A stretch of 64,000 nt of DNA from assembly GCA_000165345.1 (NCBI GenBank), contig CM000429.1, positions 160,001 through 224,000 on the forward strand. Direction: 5' to 3'. Position numbers and translations under genes: made by a program. The notes beneath the pieces are model-generated. The model was given only the letters and a program-made list of their open reading frames with translations. It ran no database searches and was not told the origin of the DNA. Shown here one piece after another: positions 19,675 through 33,200 of the stretch. Position 1 is the stretch's first letter; every line of letters starts with the position of its first letter.

Positions 19675-20682
19675 ATGACAGAAAATTCAGTCAAAATCGA
19701 GTCTCATTCAAAGAAAGAAACAATTTCTCATTTGAATGAATCGGCAAGTACAAGCAATCCCAGAAAGAAAAGCAGAAAAAACACAGGAAAGGACAACAAG
19801 GTTGATAATTTTGATTCTCCCGTATTCTCAGTTAGGTATAAGGATCCATCAATAGAGTTATCAGATGATAGATTAACAGCTGTGGGGTATAAAGGTTGGT
19901 CAACAGTTTTGTTAACACACGGTGCAAGTTCTGGAGTTTGGTATTTTGAAATTACAGTTTTAGAACCACGGGTTATTTCCAAGTTTTTAGGTCATTCTAA
20001 GTTTTTAAATTTGAAACAAGACCCCAGTATAAGGTAAATTTAATAAAATTATTAATTATATTTTCCTTCATTTTTAACTAACTTTACAATTAGGGTTGGA
20101 TGGAGTTGTAGATATAATAGATTGGATACTCCAGTTGGCACATCAACCTTTGGATATTCCTTCAATACAAAAACTTACTCCATTTTTTCCAATGCTAAAG
20201 CTCAAGAAATTCATGAATCGGAAAAAATTACTCAAATTAACCCTGGTGATGTGATTGGATGCTTAATCAAACTTAGTGGTGTACCTTATGAACTAGAGGA
20301 TCCCAGAAATTGTCCCCATTTGCATCCATATTTAGAGCTTGGACTTTTATGTAATCCAGAAGTACTCCCTAAAGTTATAAACGATCCTAGTAAGTTTTTC
20401 AATTACTTTGATTGCTATTCAACTTCTATTAAATTCCTTCAAATCTTTTTCATTTATTATTATTATTATTTTTAACATTATTCAGATTCCCTAATTGAGT
20501 TTTATATTAATGGGAAGAAGTTGAGTGCTAACTTTACAAATATTCCTTCAGGATTTTATCATCCTACTGTTTCATTATATATGGGATCCTCCGTAAAGAT
20601 CAACATAGGACCAAACTTTGCGTTCTTTCCTCACACTGAGTTGGAACCTGCTTTAAAGCTACTAAGACCTCAAATACCTTAG
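19675..20682 (+). CDS. ASH2-like SPRY-domain protein, a putative COMPASS/Set1-complex Ash2/Bre2 subunit of about 284 aa, modelled as three exons: join(19675..20033,20094..20389,20486..20682).
   Basis: ATG at 19675. Exon 1 ends at AG|GTAAAT; intron 1 is 60 nt and ends acaattag|. Exon 2 ends at CCTA|GTAAGT; intron 2 is 96 nt and ends ttattcag|. Both intron lengths are multiples of three, consistent with the two ORFs sharing a frame. The joined protein reads ...DDRLTAVGYKGWSTVLLTHGASSGVWYFEITVLEP...RVGWSCRYNRLDTPVGTSTFGYSF...PGDVIGCLIKL...EFYINGKKLSANFTNIPSGFYHPTVSLYMGSSVKINIGPNFAF. This parallels the ASH2L SPRY domain (DDRLTV.G.KGY...HGV..GAWYFEITVDE...[24 protein letters not shown]...GDVLGFYINLPE...[44 protein letters not shown]). 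Confidence 0.7.
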
Positions 20683-20727
20683 TCAACATTTCAGGATGTA
20701 ACTCTTATTTCTATACTTAGCCATCCT

Positions 20728-20820
20728 ACTTTTTACTCTTCTTATATCACTTTTTCCCTTTCATTTCCTCCCTCTCCCCTCTCTCTTTCTCTCATTCTTC
20801 ACTCTCATCTTTTTTTCCTA
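20728..20820. repeat. Polypyrimidine (CT-rich) tract, GAGA-like on the opposite strand, between the ASH2-like gene and the dynein gene.
   Basis: ctttttcccttt catttcctccctctcccctctctctttctctcattcttcactctcatc. Similar tracts occur at 39621-39660, 39795-39835, 48541-48600 (purine strand) and 63668-63780 (purine strand). Confidence 0.6.
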
Positions 20821-21233
20821 AGGTACTATCTTGATATTCCAGTTAATGTCAAAATAAAAATTTAGGGAAAGCCCGCCCAAACTTAATTACCAAGATTTTA
20901 ATTTCGCATGTTTTAAAAGTACAAGGTTGAATGTGGGGAGAAGAATTAAATACAGAGGGAAATTAGGAAAAAAAAGGAAAAGAACTTATATTTAAATAAA
21001 TATTTATTTATTTATTTAAATAGATCAAAAATTCAGAAAGTTAAAGTTTTATTCATAAGTTAAGAAATCCACAGGATAATATTATTAGAGGAAAAGAGAG
21101 TTTCAAAGAGAAATAAGAAGAGAAGCTCAAGTCTAAGGAAATAGGATTTTAATATAGATACTTGATTATAATATGGAAAAATTCTTAATACAGTAAGGTA
21201 GTGGAAGTTTTTGACAGAATCTGTGAAAAAAAA

Positions 21234-24200
21234 ATGAGTCAAAGAGCAAAGACTTCATTGATCAACTTTTTGTTGGAAGTGGTACCTTCAGCATTGGATT
21301 GTTCCAGACAACAATTAACGTCATTATTGACAGGAAAAGGTGATGAACAATTAAAAAGGTTTCTAAGAGAAACTGATGTTCACTGTTTAATTGTAGGTAA
21401 AGAAAAAGTTATGGAATCTAATGTAGGACGAGAAACCAATTCTGAAGGATTAAATTTAAATGATACTATTTCTGGAGAAAATAGATTGGATTATAATGAA
21501 GAAGTTGTACAACATCAAGTATTTATTGAAACATTTATGACTTCTAGATGTTTAAAAGCTTCATTAATGGTTTTTGTCAAAAATCCTGGGTTTCAAGTTT
21601 CAGAAGATGGAATTATTACAACAAGTGTTGATAGAGGAGCTGAAACATCTGAGTCTGCTGGAACTGATTCACCTGAAGATCATACAAAAACTACTGGAGT
21701 TGTATCCCATTCTAAATCTTTATCTTCTAGTTTACAGTGTATTCAATTAGGATTTGTTGGTTCACAACTTACTCCATACGAAGTTTTAAACCAGTACTTA
21801 CAATTTGCTTTTACTCCTTTATTAGATGCATTAGGTAATGCAAAAACTACTTCTGGAACAATTGGAGGTGAAATTGGAGATTCTGTAGATTCTACAGAAT
21901 CTGGATCTCATTTAGGTCTTGAGAACATTCAAAGAAAGGTTAATGAATTATGTTTGGCATTACAACAAGGTCAAGATGATAGTATGATCCCAATGGTCAA
22001 GTTAAATTTGGATCCAAAAGTTGCAGAATATGCTAAAGAATATAAAAATACTGGTAAGATTAATAATATGGATGAAATTATTGAAGATTCTACATTCTTA
22101 TCTTCACTTCAAGTTTCTATTACTCAATGGATTAGAGAAATTCAATCATTAGCAAGATTTCAAAGAGATATTGGATTAAGTGTTACATCTGAAGTCAAAT
22201 TTTGGTCATCTTATGAAAGAAGTCTTCAACAAATCTTAAAACAAGTTCAAAGTCCTGAAGTTGAATGGTCATTATCAGTATTACGCCAATCTAAGAAATT
22301 CTTAGCTGCAATTTCTTTAGAAGTTGATACTGGACTTAAACAATCCATTGAAAAAGTACAAAATATTAATACTTTAATACATGATATCCCAATTAATGAC
22401 TTACTTGTCGCAACTTCTATTGATGAAATTACTTCTGCTGTTACATTATTCTTCCAACAATTAAGAAAAATTAAAGGAGCAGCTTCTTATCCTATTTCAA
22501 GAACATTCCAACTTGTTGAAGTTTATTCTAATGATATGACTAAACAAATGTATAAAGTTCTTCAAAATAATCCAACCACATCTTTAATGCTACTCGAATT
22601 CCCTGTGTTTGAACATTTAGTTAATGGTTGTAATGAACTTGGACAAGTATGGGAAGATGAATGGAGAGAACTAAAGGATGTTATCAGAGATTTAATTAAA
22701 AAGAGAGGACTTTCAGAAAGAGCTCATCCAAAGATGGATTTTGCTCATGTTCCATTAATTCAACGTTTAAATGATATTGTCATATTTAGAAAACAACATC
22801 AAAAATTGAAAGATACTCTATTAGAACTTTTATCCATCCAAACTTCAGCATCTTCTAATGAACAAACTGATCAAAACCCTTTATCAGCTTTAGGTATTGA
22901 ACAAAACTCTGGAATTGATGCTTTACAATCTCTTGCAAAAAAAGATCTACAACAAGCTTATGCTTGTGTAGCTAATATTAACATACTTGATCTTTCAGCT
23001 ATTGGATTAGAAGCTTGGGAAGCTGGAAAACAAGCTTATAATAACAAAGTTGATGCTTCTGAGACATTATTGATTAAACAACTTAGAGAACAATTAAGTG
23101 GATGTGGTAATACTTTAGAAATGTTTAGAATACTTGGAAGATATAATCCTTTATTCTTTAGACCTAGAATCAGAAGTGCTGTGGAAGAATATCAAAGCAT
23201 TTTATTAGAAAAAGTTCAATCTGATTTTCAATTATTACAACTTAGATACCAAAATCCATACCAAAGAAGTGCAGCATCTCAATTTTCTTGTCTTAGAGAT
23301 ATTCCTAATATTGGAGGAATGTTAGTTTGGTCTCATCTACTTCAAGAAAGGATTCAAAGTATATATTTCAAGCTTGAAGATATTTTTGGTCCAAATTGGG
23401 AATTTGAAAGCCAAGGACATAAAGTTAAGACTGATGGTGATCATATTACTTCAAAAATACATCCAAATCAAATTGTTGATTTCTGGTTACAACAAAGAAA
23501 AGATGATAAATTGACTTATGATTTAAATAAACCAGTTTTAGGATTAATGAAAAGTGGTAATTTATCCACTACATCTTTTATATTGGCTTCAACTATTGAT
23601 TCTGGAATATTATCATTATTTAAAGATCTAAGAATTATTCAGTCTTATGCTTATAGAGTTCCATATAGTGTCAAAGTTTTGGCTGATGAACTTAAGTTAT
23701 TATATCCTTATATTTCTCATCTAAACTCACTTTGTATTAATTGGATGAGAATTGCAACTCAATTAGAAGTTGAACCAGGAAAAAGAATCTCTCCTTTATT
23801 AACTCCATTTCGTCAAGAAGTATATAATATAATACAAGAAGGAATTTCTTTAAGTTGGTCATCTGATAGACTTGAAGGATTTATAAGAAGATTTTATGAT
23901 TCTGTTGATACTTTAGAACAAAAATTTGAAGCTGTTATGACTTTAGATGAACAACTTTCAGTATTAGTTTCTCAAATTAGGAATATTCAAGTATCTAAGG
24001 GACTTGGAGAACTTGTTTCTCATTTAAGTAAAATTGGATCCAAATGTCAAGAATTTCAATCACTTTTATTGGCATATAGAATTGATTATTTATTTTATTG
24101 GGATCAAGTCATACAATCATTTCTACTTCCAAAACTTAAAGAATTTGTTCAATTATGGATTAACCAATTCATATCAATTGGAGGAGTTGATCATGAAGTA

Positions 24201-27200
24201 TTTTCCCAAGATCATCCAATTTTATCTCCAAATAATAGTAATAATAATAACAATAACAATAATGATAATCCAAATCATACAATTCTTGGCTCTTTATCCA
24301 GTACAATTATTACTTTACAACTTAAAAATCAAAAAATTACTTTAAATCCTTCACTTGAAGATGTTAAATCTTTATGGTTAAGACGATTCCATCAAGAAAT
24401 TACAAAAATTACAAATCTTCCAAGAGTTACCAATATCTCAAGTATTCCACAAACATCTCCTTTTTATAATGATATCTCCAAAGCTAAAGAAGAATTAGCA
24501 ACTTTAATTTCTGGAAAAAATGAACAAATTGATGAAAATCCTGTTAATTATGTAAATAGTGATGATATTGGATCAGTTAAACATATTCCACTTGATCATA
24601 CATACAGACATTTATTTCTATTTCTACCAAAATCTCTTTTAGAATGGAGTTATAAAAGTATTGATGATGTTTTTTCTTCTATTAAAGTTTCTATTGATTA
24701 TTGGACAAGATTTGAAGCTTTATGGTTTGTTGAATTAAGTAGTGTTACTGGAAAATTGAATAATCTATTACAATGGCAACAATTAGTGAAAGAAATGAGA
24801 AATTTAAGAACAACATTTAGTTCTAATGAAGATTTACGTTGGTTTTGTAGTAAAATTGCTTTGGATACATCTGCTATACAAGCAAAAATCATGAGTAAAT
24901 ATGATGGTTTAGCTAGAGAAATTCTTCATTTATATGCATCCAAATTAAATGAACAACTTTCATCTTATTGGACTTCAATTAGTACTATTAAACAAACATT
25001 GGATAAATTAGAACCATTCTTGGCTCAATGGTTGATTTGGATTGATAAGAATTCTTCAAGTATATCTACTTTAGTCTTAAAATCTGAAAATATTCCAACA
25101 AAAGGTTCTGTTATGACTAATTTACCTCCAGGAGGAGAAGCTTTACATTCTTCATTAATTGATTTAGTATCTAAAATGGTATCAGCACAAGATCAAGATC
25201 AGAAGATTGGATCTGATTTACCATTATTTTCTGATGGACAAAAATTTCTTGAAGTTCAAAGATTTACATTTCCTAATGATTGGATTTGGGTTGAACAATT
25301 TGAAGGTGAATATGATAAATCTCATCAAAGATTAGAACATTGTTTTGCTAATGTAATATTTCCAAGTAGAAGAAAAATTGAGAATTATCTTAAACTTTGT
25401 TTACAATTAATATTTATGTCTTATCAAGAACTATTATCAGAATGGACTCGATTAAGAGGAATAACATTTGTTAAGAATCCTTTCTTAATGTTAGATCAAA
25501 TTGGAGTAATTGAAAATAAAGTCAATGTTTTACGTCAAGATATTGAATCATTTAATATGATTTTTAAAGCTTTTAAATTTGATTCTTCTTGGATTGATAC
25601 TGAATTAAATAAAGTAACAAGTGAAACATTTGATACAATTCTACGTGATCTTAAAGACTTTAAAGAGATATGGAATCAATTAAATGTATTCTTTGTAATG
25701 ATTAGTGAATATAAAAGAATGTTATGGACAGAAGTTAATGTTAAAACACTTAAAACTAATTTAGAGAGTTTAATTTCGAATTTGAAATCAATACCAGTTA
25801 AATATAGACAATATGATGCATTTGAACAATTACAACATGATGTTGAAGGATATAATAAAAATATGGGTTATATTTCTAGGCTTAAAGCTGAGTATATGAA
25901 AGAAAGACATTGGAAATTATTATTGAGTAAAGTTATTTGGCATGAAAAGACGAGTAATTCAGGATTAGAATCATCATCTACTGAAGGAGGAGCAGGAATG
26001 GGAACTGGAGCAGAAGGAATTCAGTCCACAAATCAAGAAGAAAAATCCACAAGTAATATTGAAAATGATCAAAGCCAAAATATTCAAACTTTAACTAGTC
26101 TAACTAAAACAGGAATGAAAAATTTAAGATCTTCAAGATCGATGAAATTTTCATCCATGAGTAGTTCAAGTATTTTTTCTATGTCAATATTCTCAACTTT
26201 AACTTTAGGAGATGTTTGGTCAATTAATTTTGATGCATCTTCAGCTATTATGTCAGAAATATTAGCTAAAGCTCAAGGAGAACATGGATTAGAATCATAT
26301 ATTCAAGGTATGAAAGAACTTTGGAATGGATTTGAAATCGAATTTACTGGACTTCCTAATAATCCTAATACAAAAGTTATTAAGAATTGGGATATTATGT
26401 TAACAGCAATTGATGATCATTTAAGTGCTTTACAAAATATGTCACTTTCTCCATTCTATGAAATCTTTCAAGAAGAAAGTCAACTTTGGACAGAAAAATT
26501 AACAAAACTTAGATTTACTTTAGATCTTTGGATGGAAACACAAAGAAGATGGATATATTTACAAGGAATATTCTTAGCTAGTACTGATATTGCTAATCTA
26601 CTTCCTCAAGAATATAAAAGATTTCAAACTGTTGATGCTGAAGTACAAGGATTATTAAAGAAATCTCAATCAAGACCTAAAGTTATTGATCTTCTTACTT
26701 TTGAAGGTTTAACTAAATCATTAGAAAGAATTAGTGATTATTTGAATAAGATTCAAAAAGCACTTGGTGAGTATTTAGAGAAACAAAGAAGTATGTTCCC
26801 AAGATTTTACTTTATTGGTGATGAAGATTTATTAGAAATGATTGGTAATGGTAAAGATATTACTGTTGCTCAGAGACATTTTAATAAGATTTTTGCAGGA
26901 ATCACATTCTTAAAATTTCAAGATCTTATGGATGAAAATATTGATCAAAATATACAGGGAAAGAAAAATAATGGAAATAGAAATAATCAAAAAGATGAAC
27001 AAATTGAAAGTATGATTATTGGTATGGGATCTAAAGAAGGTGAAGTCATTCATTTTAAAGATCCTATTCCAATATTAAAAGATACCTCTTTAGTAGAATG
27101 GCTTGGTAAAGTTGTACAAGCTATGCAAATTACTTTAAATGATTTAATAGGAAAAGCAATAGAAGATATTATTTCAAATTTTGGAATGTCTTCATTTACT

Positions 27201-30200
27201 GAAGATGATCATATTCTTTCAGAAAAATTAAGATCTAATTTTGAAAAATATCCAACACAAGTACTTTTAGTAGCTTGGATGTCTTGGTGGACAAAATTAA
27301 CAGAAGAATCATTTTCATCAGGAACAAGTACAAAACAATTACAAGAATTTATACAAAGAATACTTTCTAGATTGAGTGATATTGTTGCAACTTTGGAAGA
27401 AAATACATGTCATAAAATTAAATATAATCAATTAATTGTAGAATTTGTACATGAAAGAGATGTTTTAAGTCATTTAATTGAACAAAATGTAACATCTAGT
27501 CAAAGTTTTCATTGGCTTCAATATATGAGAATGTATTGGATGAGTAAAGATTGTCAAAAAAATCTGAAAGATCTTGAAATGATTGGTGAATTTGATAATG
27601 ATATTATTGTAAGAACAGCAAATTCTGCTTTTATTTATGGTTATGAATATCTTGGTATTCCAGAAAAATTGGTTCAAACTCCTTTAACTGATAGAACTTA
27701 TTTAACTTTAACTCAAGCTTTACATATGAGACTTGGTGGAAATCCATTTGGTCCAGCTGGTACTGGTAAGACAGAAACTGTTAAAGCTTTAGGAAATCAA
27801 TTAGGAAGATTTGTTTTAGTTTTTAATTGTGATGAACAATTTGATTTTACTGCAATGGGAAGAATTTTTGTTGGTTTATGTCAAGTTGGAGCTTGGGGTT
27901 GTTTTGATGAATTTAATAGATTACAAGCAAGAATATTATCAGCAGTATCAGAACAGATTTTAACAATTCAAACAGCATTAATAAAGAATAGTAATACTGT
28001 AGAACTTTTAAATAAGACAATTCCAATGAGTCAAGATGTTGGTATATTTGTTACAATGAATCCAGGTTATGCTGGAAGATCAGAATTACCTGATAACTTA
28101 AAACATTTACTTAGAGAAATTGCTATGGTAGTACCAGATAGACAAAGAATTGCTGAAGTAACTCTTTTTGCTCAAGGTTTTCAATTTGGTGAAATGATTT
28201 CACGTCAAATTGTGACATTATTTGAACTTTGTCAATCTCAAATGACAAGTCAACCACATTATGATTTTGGTTTACGTTCAATGAAATCAGTACTACGTTC
28301 AGCTGGTAAGCTTAAAAAATCTGCAATATCTGAGAATAAAGAAGCATTGGATGATCCACAAAAACTGGTAATATTAGAGCAACAACTAATTATTAGATCA
28401 ATATCATCAACATTATTACCAAAATTAGTTTCAACTGATGTTCCTTTATTAACAACATTATTTCAAGGAGTTTTTCCTCAAGTTCCATTTGAATCTTTGA
28501 ATGATTCATTAATGGTAGAACAAGTCAAATTGATTTGTAAGAGAAATTCTTTAGAAGCAACATCTCAATGGTTGGATAAAACATTACAACTTTTTGAGAT
28601 TCAAAAATTAAATCATGGTATAATGTTAGTTGGATCAACAGGTACTGGTAAGACAACAGTAAGAAAGACTTTATTAGAAGCAATGGATACAGTTCAAGGA
28701 TCTAAAACAATAAGTTATGTAATAGATCCAAAAACTATTGATAAAGAAAGTTTATTTGGGAAATTGAATCCAGTAACGTTAGAATGGACTGATGGTGTAT
28801 TTACAGCTATATTAAGAAAAATCATTAATTCCTCTGATAATAATAATAATAATAATAATAATGATCAAACAGGATCAGGAGGAGTTGGTGGGATTAATAA
28901 GAAATATTGGATAATATTTGATGGTGATGTAGATCCTGAATGGGCAGAGAATTTGAATTCTGTATTGGATGATAATAAACTTTTAACTCTTCCAAATGGT
29001 GAAAGATTAGAACTTCCTCCTTGGGTTAGAGTAGTATTTGAAGTACATTCTTTAGCAACTGCTACATTAGCAACAGTTTCTAGATGTGGTATGATTTGGT
29101 TCAATGATGAGATTATTTCTGATGAAATGTATTTTACTTCATTTTTATTTAATAAGATCAAGATGGGAAATAATACAATTAATAATGTGAATACTGGTCC
29201 AAACTCTTCTAATACTGGAGGAGGAGGAGGGGGATCTTCAAAAATTTCAGAATCTGCTACTTCTGATCAACTTGGTGAAGGAAGTGATAATATAGGTAAT
29301 AATACAACTGGTATGGAAGAATTTGAATCAGCTGAAGGAACAGGAATTGAACAAAATTTAGAAACCTTATTAAGAAATAAAGCATATTCAATATGGCAAT
29401 CAATATTATTCAAAGATTCATTTGGTTCAAAATGTCTCTCATTTGCATCAAAAAGACCTCATACAATGGTTTTTACAAGAATTCGAGTCTTAGAAGCTGC
29501 ATTTTCATTACTCAATAGTTCTATTAAACTATTATTAGACTCTAATTCTACTATGGGAAATGGTAAATTACCACCAATGGATTCTTTAACAGAATTCTTC
29601 TCTCGTTGGCTTATTTGGTCTTTAATTTGGGGATTCTCCTCAAGTATGAACCTCTCTGATCGAATATCTTATACTAAAGAAGTTATCTCTATTGTTACAT
29701 TTACTGATCTTCCACCAATGGAAGATGAAAATATTTCTATTCTTGATTTCAAAGTTGTTATTCCAACAGGAGAATGGAGAAAATGGAGTTTAGAATGTAA
29801 AGAAACTGAAGATCTTCCTCTTAATAAAGTTCTTGATTCAAATGTTATTATTGAAACTGTCGATACCCTTCGTCATTTTCAAGTATTACATGCTTGGTTA
29901 CATGCTCATCTTCCTGCAATATTATGTGGACCTCCTGGTAGTGGAAAAACTATGACATTATCATCAGTATTAAGAAGTATGACAGATGTTGATATTGTTT
30001 CATTAAACTTTTCATCAGCTACAACTCCTGAAATATTATTAAAAACATTGGAACATTATTGTGAATTTATTAAAGCTCCAAGAGGATGGATATGTCGTCC
30101 AATGGTACCAAATAAATGGTTAGTAGTATTCTGTGATGAATGTAATTTACCAGAACCTGATAGATATGGTACTCAAAGAGTTATTATGTTTATAAGACAA

Positions 30201-33200
30201 TTAATTGAATGTAAAGGATTCTGGAGAAGAGAATCATCACAATGGAGTTTTGTAACTTTAGAACGTGTACAATTCATTGGAGCTTGTAATCCTCCTACTG
30301 ATACTGGAAGACATCCTTTATCTGATCGATTCTTACGTCATTCTCCAATATTATTTGTTGATTTCCCAGGAAAAAGTTCTCTAAATCAAATATATTCAGT
30401 ATTTAATAGAGCAATTTTAAAACCATTCCCAACACTTTCTAATCATGCTGATGCATTAACTAAAGCTATGGTTGATATATATGATGCTTCAGCTAAAACT
30501 TTAACTGTTGATCTTCAACCACATTATATTTATTCTCCAAGAGAATTAACTAGATGGAAAATTTCTATTTATTCTGGACTTCATAGTTCTAAAGGATCAG
30601 GCTCAAAATCTGGATCAGGACCCTCATCACAATCTATATCTACAAATCAAGAAGCATTAAAAAGAGTCCTGGATAAATTTGGAGCAGATTCTAATCTTCA
30701 ACTTGAAGAAGAAAATGAACTTACTTTAACTCAACTTATTAGACTTGTACTCTATGAAGGTGAAAGAATATTCCAAGATAGACTTGTTGAACAAAGTGAG
30801 AAAAATTGGTCACAAGAAATGATGAATGAAATGATTATTAAACATTTCCCAAATCTATCCATTGAAAAAGATCTATATAGACCTCTATTATTTACTAATA
30901 TTGTCACTTCTATATGCAAAGAAATTCCAAGATCTATTGTTTCTGAATATTTACAAGATAGATTAACTTCTTATTATGAAGAACAAGGAACTTCAAAACT
31001 TGTTTTCTTTGATGAATTCCTTGATAATATTAATAGAGTTGATCGAGTATTAAGACAACCTTTTGGACATTTATTATTAATTGGACCTCCAGGATGTGGA
31101 AAAACACTTCTTGCTGATATGGTTTCTTGGTTAAATGGATTAAATGTATTTACTATTAAACCTGGAAGAAAATATGATATTTTTGCATTTGAAGCTGATT
31201 TAAGATCTGTTATGAAAAGAGCTGCAATTAAAGGAGAAAAATTAACTTTCATTTTTGAAGAATCACATGCTTTAGGTCCAGCTTTTATTGAAAGAATGAA
31301 TGCATTATTAGCTTCAGGAGAAGTACCAGGATTATTTGAAGGAGATGAATATAATCAACTTTTAAATGAATGTAGAACAGCATTTAGCAATAGCTCATCA
31401 GTTTCAATTTCTGATGATGGAAATGAGTTATTTGCTAGATTTACTAAACTTGTACAAGAAAATCTTCATATTGTTTTTACATTAAATCCTGCTAATCCAA
31501 ATTTCAAAGAAACACAATCTTTATCACCAGCTTTATTTAATCGTTGTGTTGTTAATTGGATGGGTCAATTAAATAATCAAGCTTTAAGTCAAATTGCAAG
31601 ATCATTCTTACATTTAGATTCACAATTAACAAAAAATGATCAAGATCAAGTACTCATACAATCTGAAGAAACTACTGAATCATCAAATCATAATCATTCT
31701 TCAATCATTTCAGCAATTGAAAGAATACCTACAAATTGTATGCCTTCAGTTGAACAACCTGAAGAAAGAGTTGCATTAACAATTGATTGTATTATTTCAT
31801 TATTTCATGCTGAAGTTGGAGAAGATGGAGGTATTAAAAAAACTTCAACATGTAATACAAATTCACAAGAACATTCAATGATGAGAAGAACTCCAAGAGA
31901 TTTCTTTGATTTCTTAAAACATATTATTAAAATATATAAAGAAAAGAATGAAACATTATTAGAACAACAACAACATTTATCTTCAGGATTAGAAACTTTA
32001 AGAAGTACAGAACAAGAAGTTGCTACTCTTCAACAAGAACTTGGTGAAAAAGAAAAGATATTAATAGCTAAAAATGTTGAAGCAGAACAAAAAATGCAAC
32101 AAATGATTAAAGAACAAGGAGAAGCTGAAGAAAAGAAGAAAACTACAGAAACTTTAGCAAAATCATTAGATGAACAACAAAAAGTAATAGCTGAAAGATC
32201 AAGTGAAGTAGAAATACAATTAAAAGATGTTGAACCAATACTTAGAGAAGCAGAAAATGCTGTTTCAAATATTCCAAAGAAGAATTTGGATGAATTAAGA
32301 TCAATGGCAAATCCTCCTGGTCTTGTTAAGAAGACGATTGATGCTGTTGCAATATTACTTACAAATAATTCAACAAAACCTCAAGCGTGGGAAGAGAGTA
32401 GAAAATTACTCAAGAGTTCAGATTTTATTACAAAAGTATTAAATTTTGATTCAAATACAATAACTTTAAAAACTATGCAAAGATTACAAAAAGAATATTT
32501 AGAATCACCAGAATGGGATACAGAAAAAATTAATAGAGCAAGTCATGCAGCTGGTCCTTTATCTTCATGGGTATCGAGTATATTACAATATTCATTAATA
32601 AGTGAAAAAGTACAACCATTAAAAACAGAGATTAGTCAATTAGAAAAATCAAAATTAGAGAATGAAAAGGGATTAGAAGCAGCTCAAAAATTGGTTGGTG
32701 AATTACAAGAACGTATAGATGTTTATAAGAAAGAATATGCAGAATTAATATCTCAAGTACAATTAATAAAAAGAGAAAAAGATCTTGTAACAAATAAAGT
32801 AGAAAGAAGTATAAGATTATTAGGTAATTTAACAACAGAACAAGATAGATGGAGAGAAGCTAAGGAAGGATTTAAGACAGAATTTTCAAATATTATGGGA
32901 GATTGTCTTTTATCAGCAGCATTTATATGTTTTGCAGGAGGTTTAGATCAGATTTTAAGATCACATTATATAAAATTATGGCAAGAGATTTTGGATGAAT
33001 TTCAATTATCACATACAAATGCTAATACTTTTAAGATTGTTGATTATTTATCAAAACCAAATGAAAGATTATTATGGCAAAGTTATGGTTTATCAAATGA
33101 TGATTTAAGTGTAGAAAATGCAATAATAATAAAGAGACATATTCGATACCCATTTATAATAGATCCATCAGGATATGCAACAAGTTTTCTATTAGAGATG

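Noticed and set aside
24034-24345. Short ORFs embedded in or antisense to the dynein, DUSP, LRR, kinase and helicase genes (for example 24034..24345, 27474..27677, 32632..32835, 37544..37774, 44287..44629, 56469..56954 and 58406..58905).
   Set aside because: They are fully contained within long, domain-bearing ORFs in another frame or strand. They have low-complexity translations and no independent signals.
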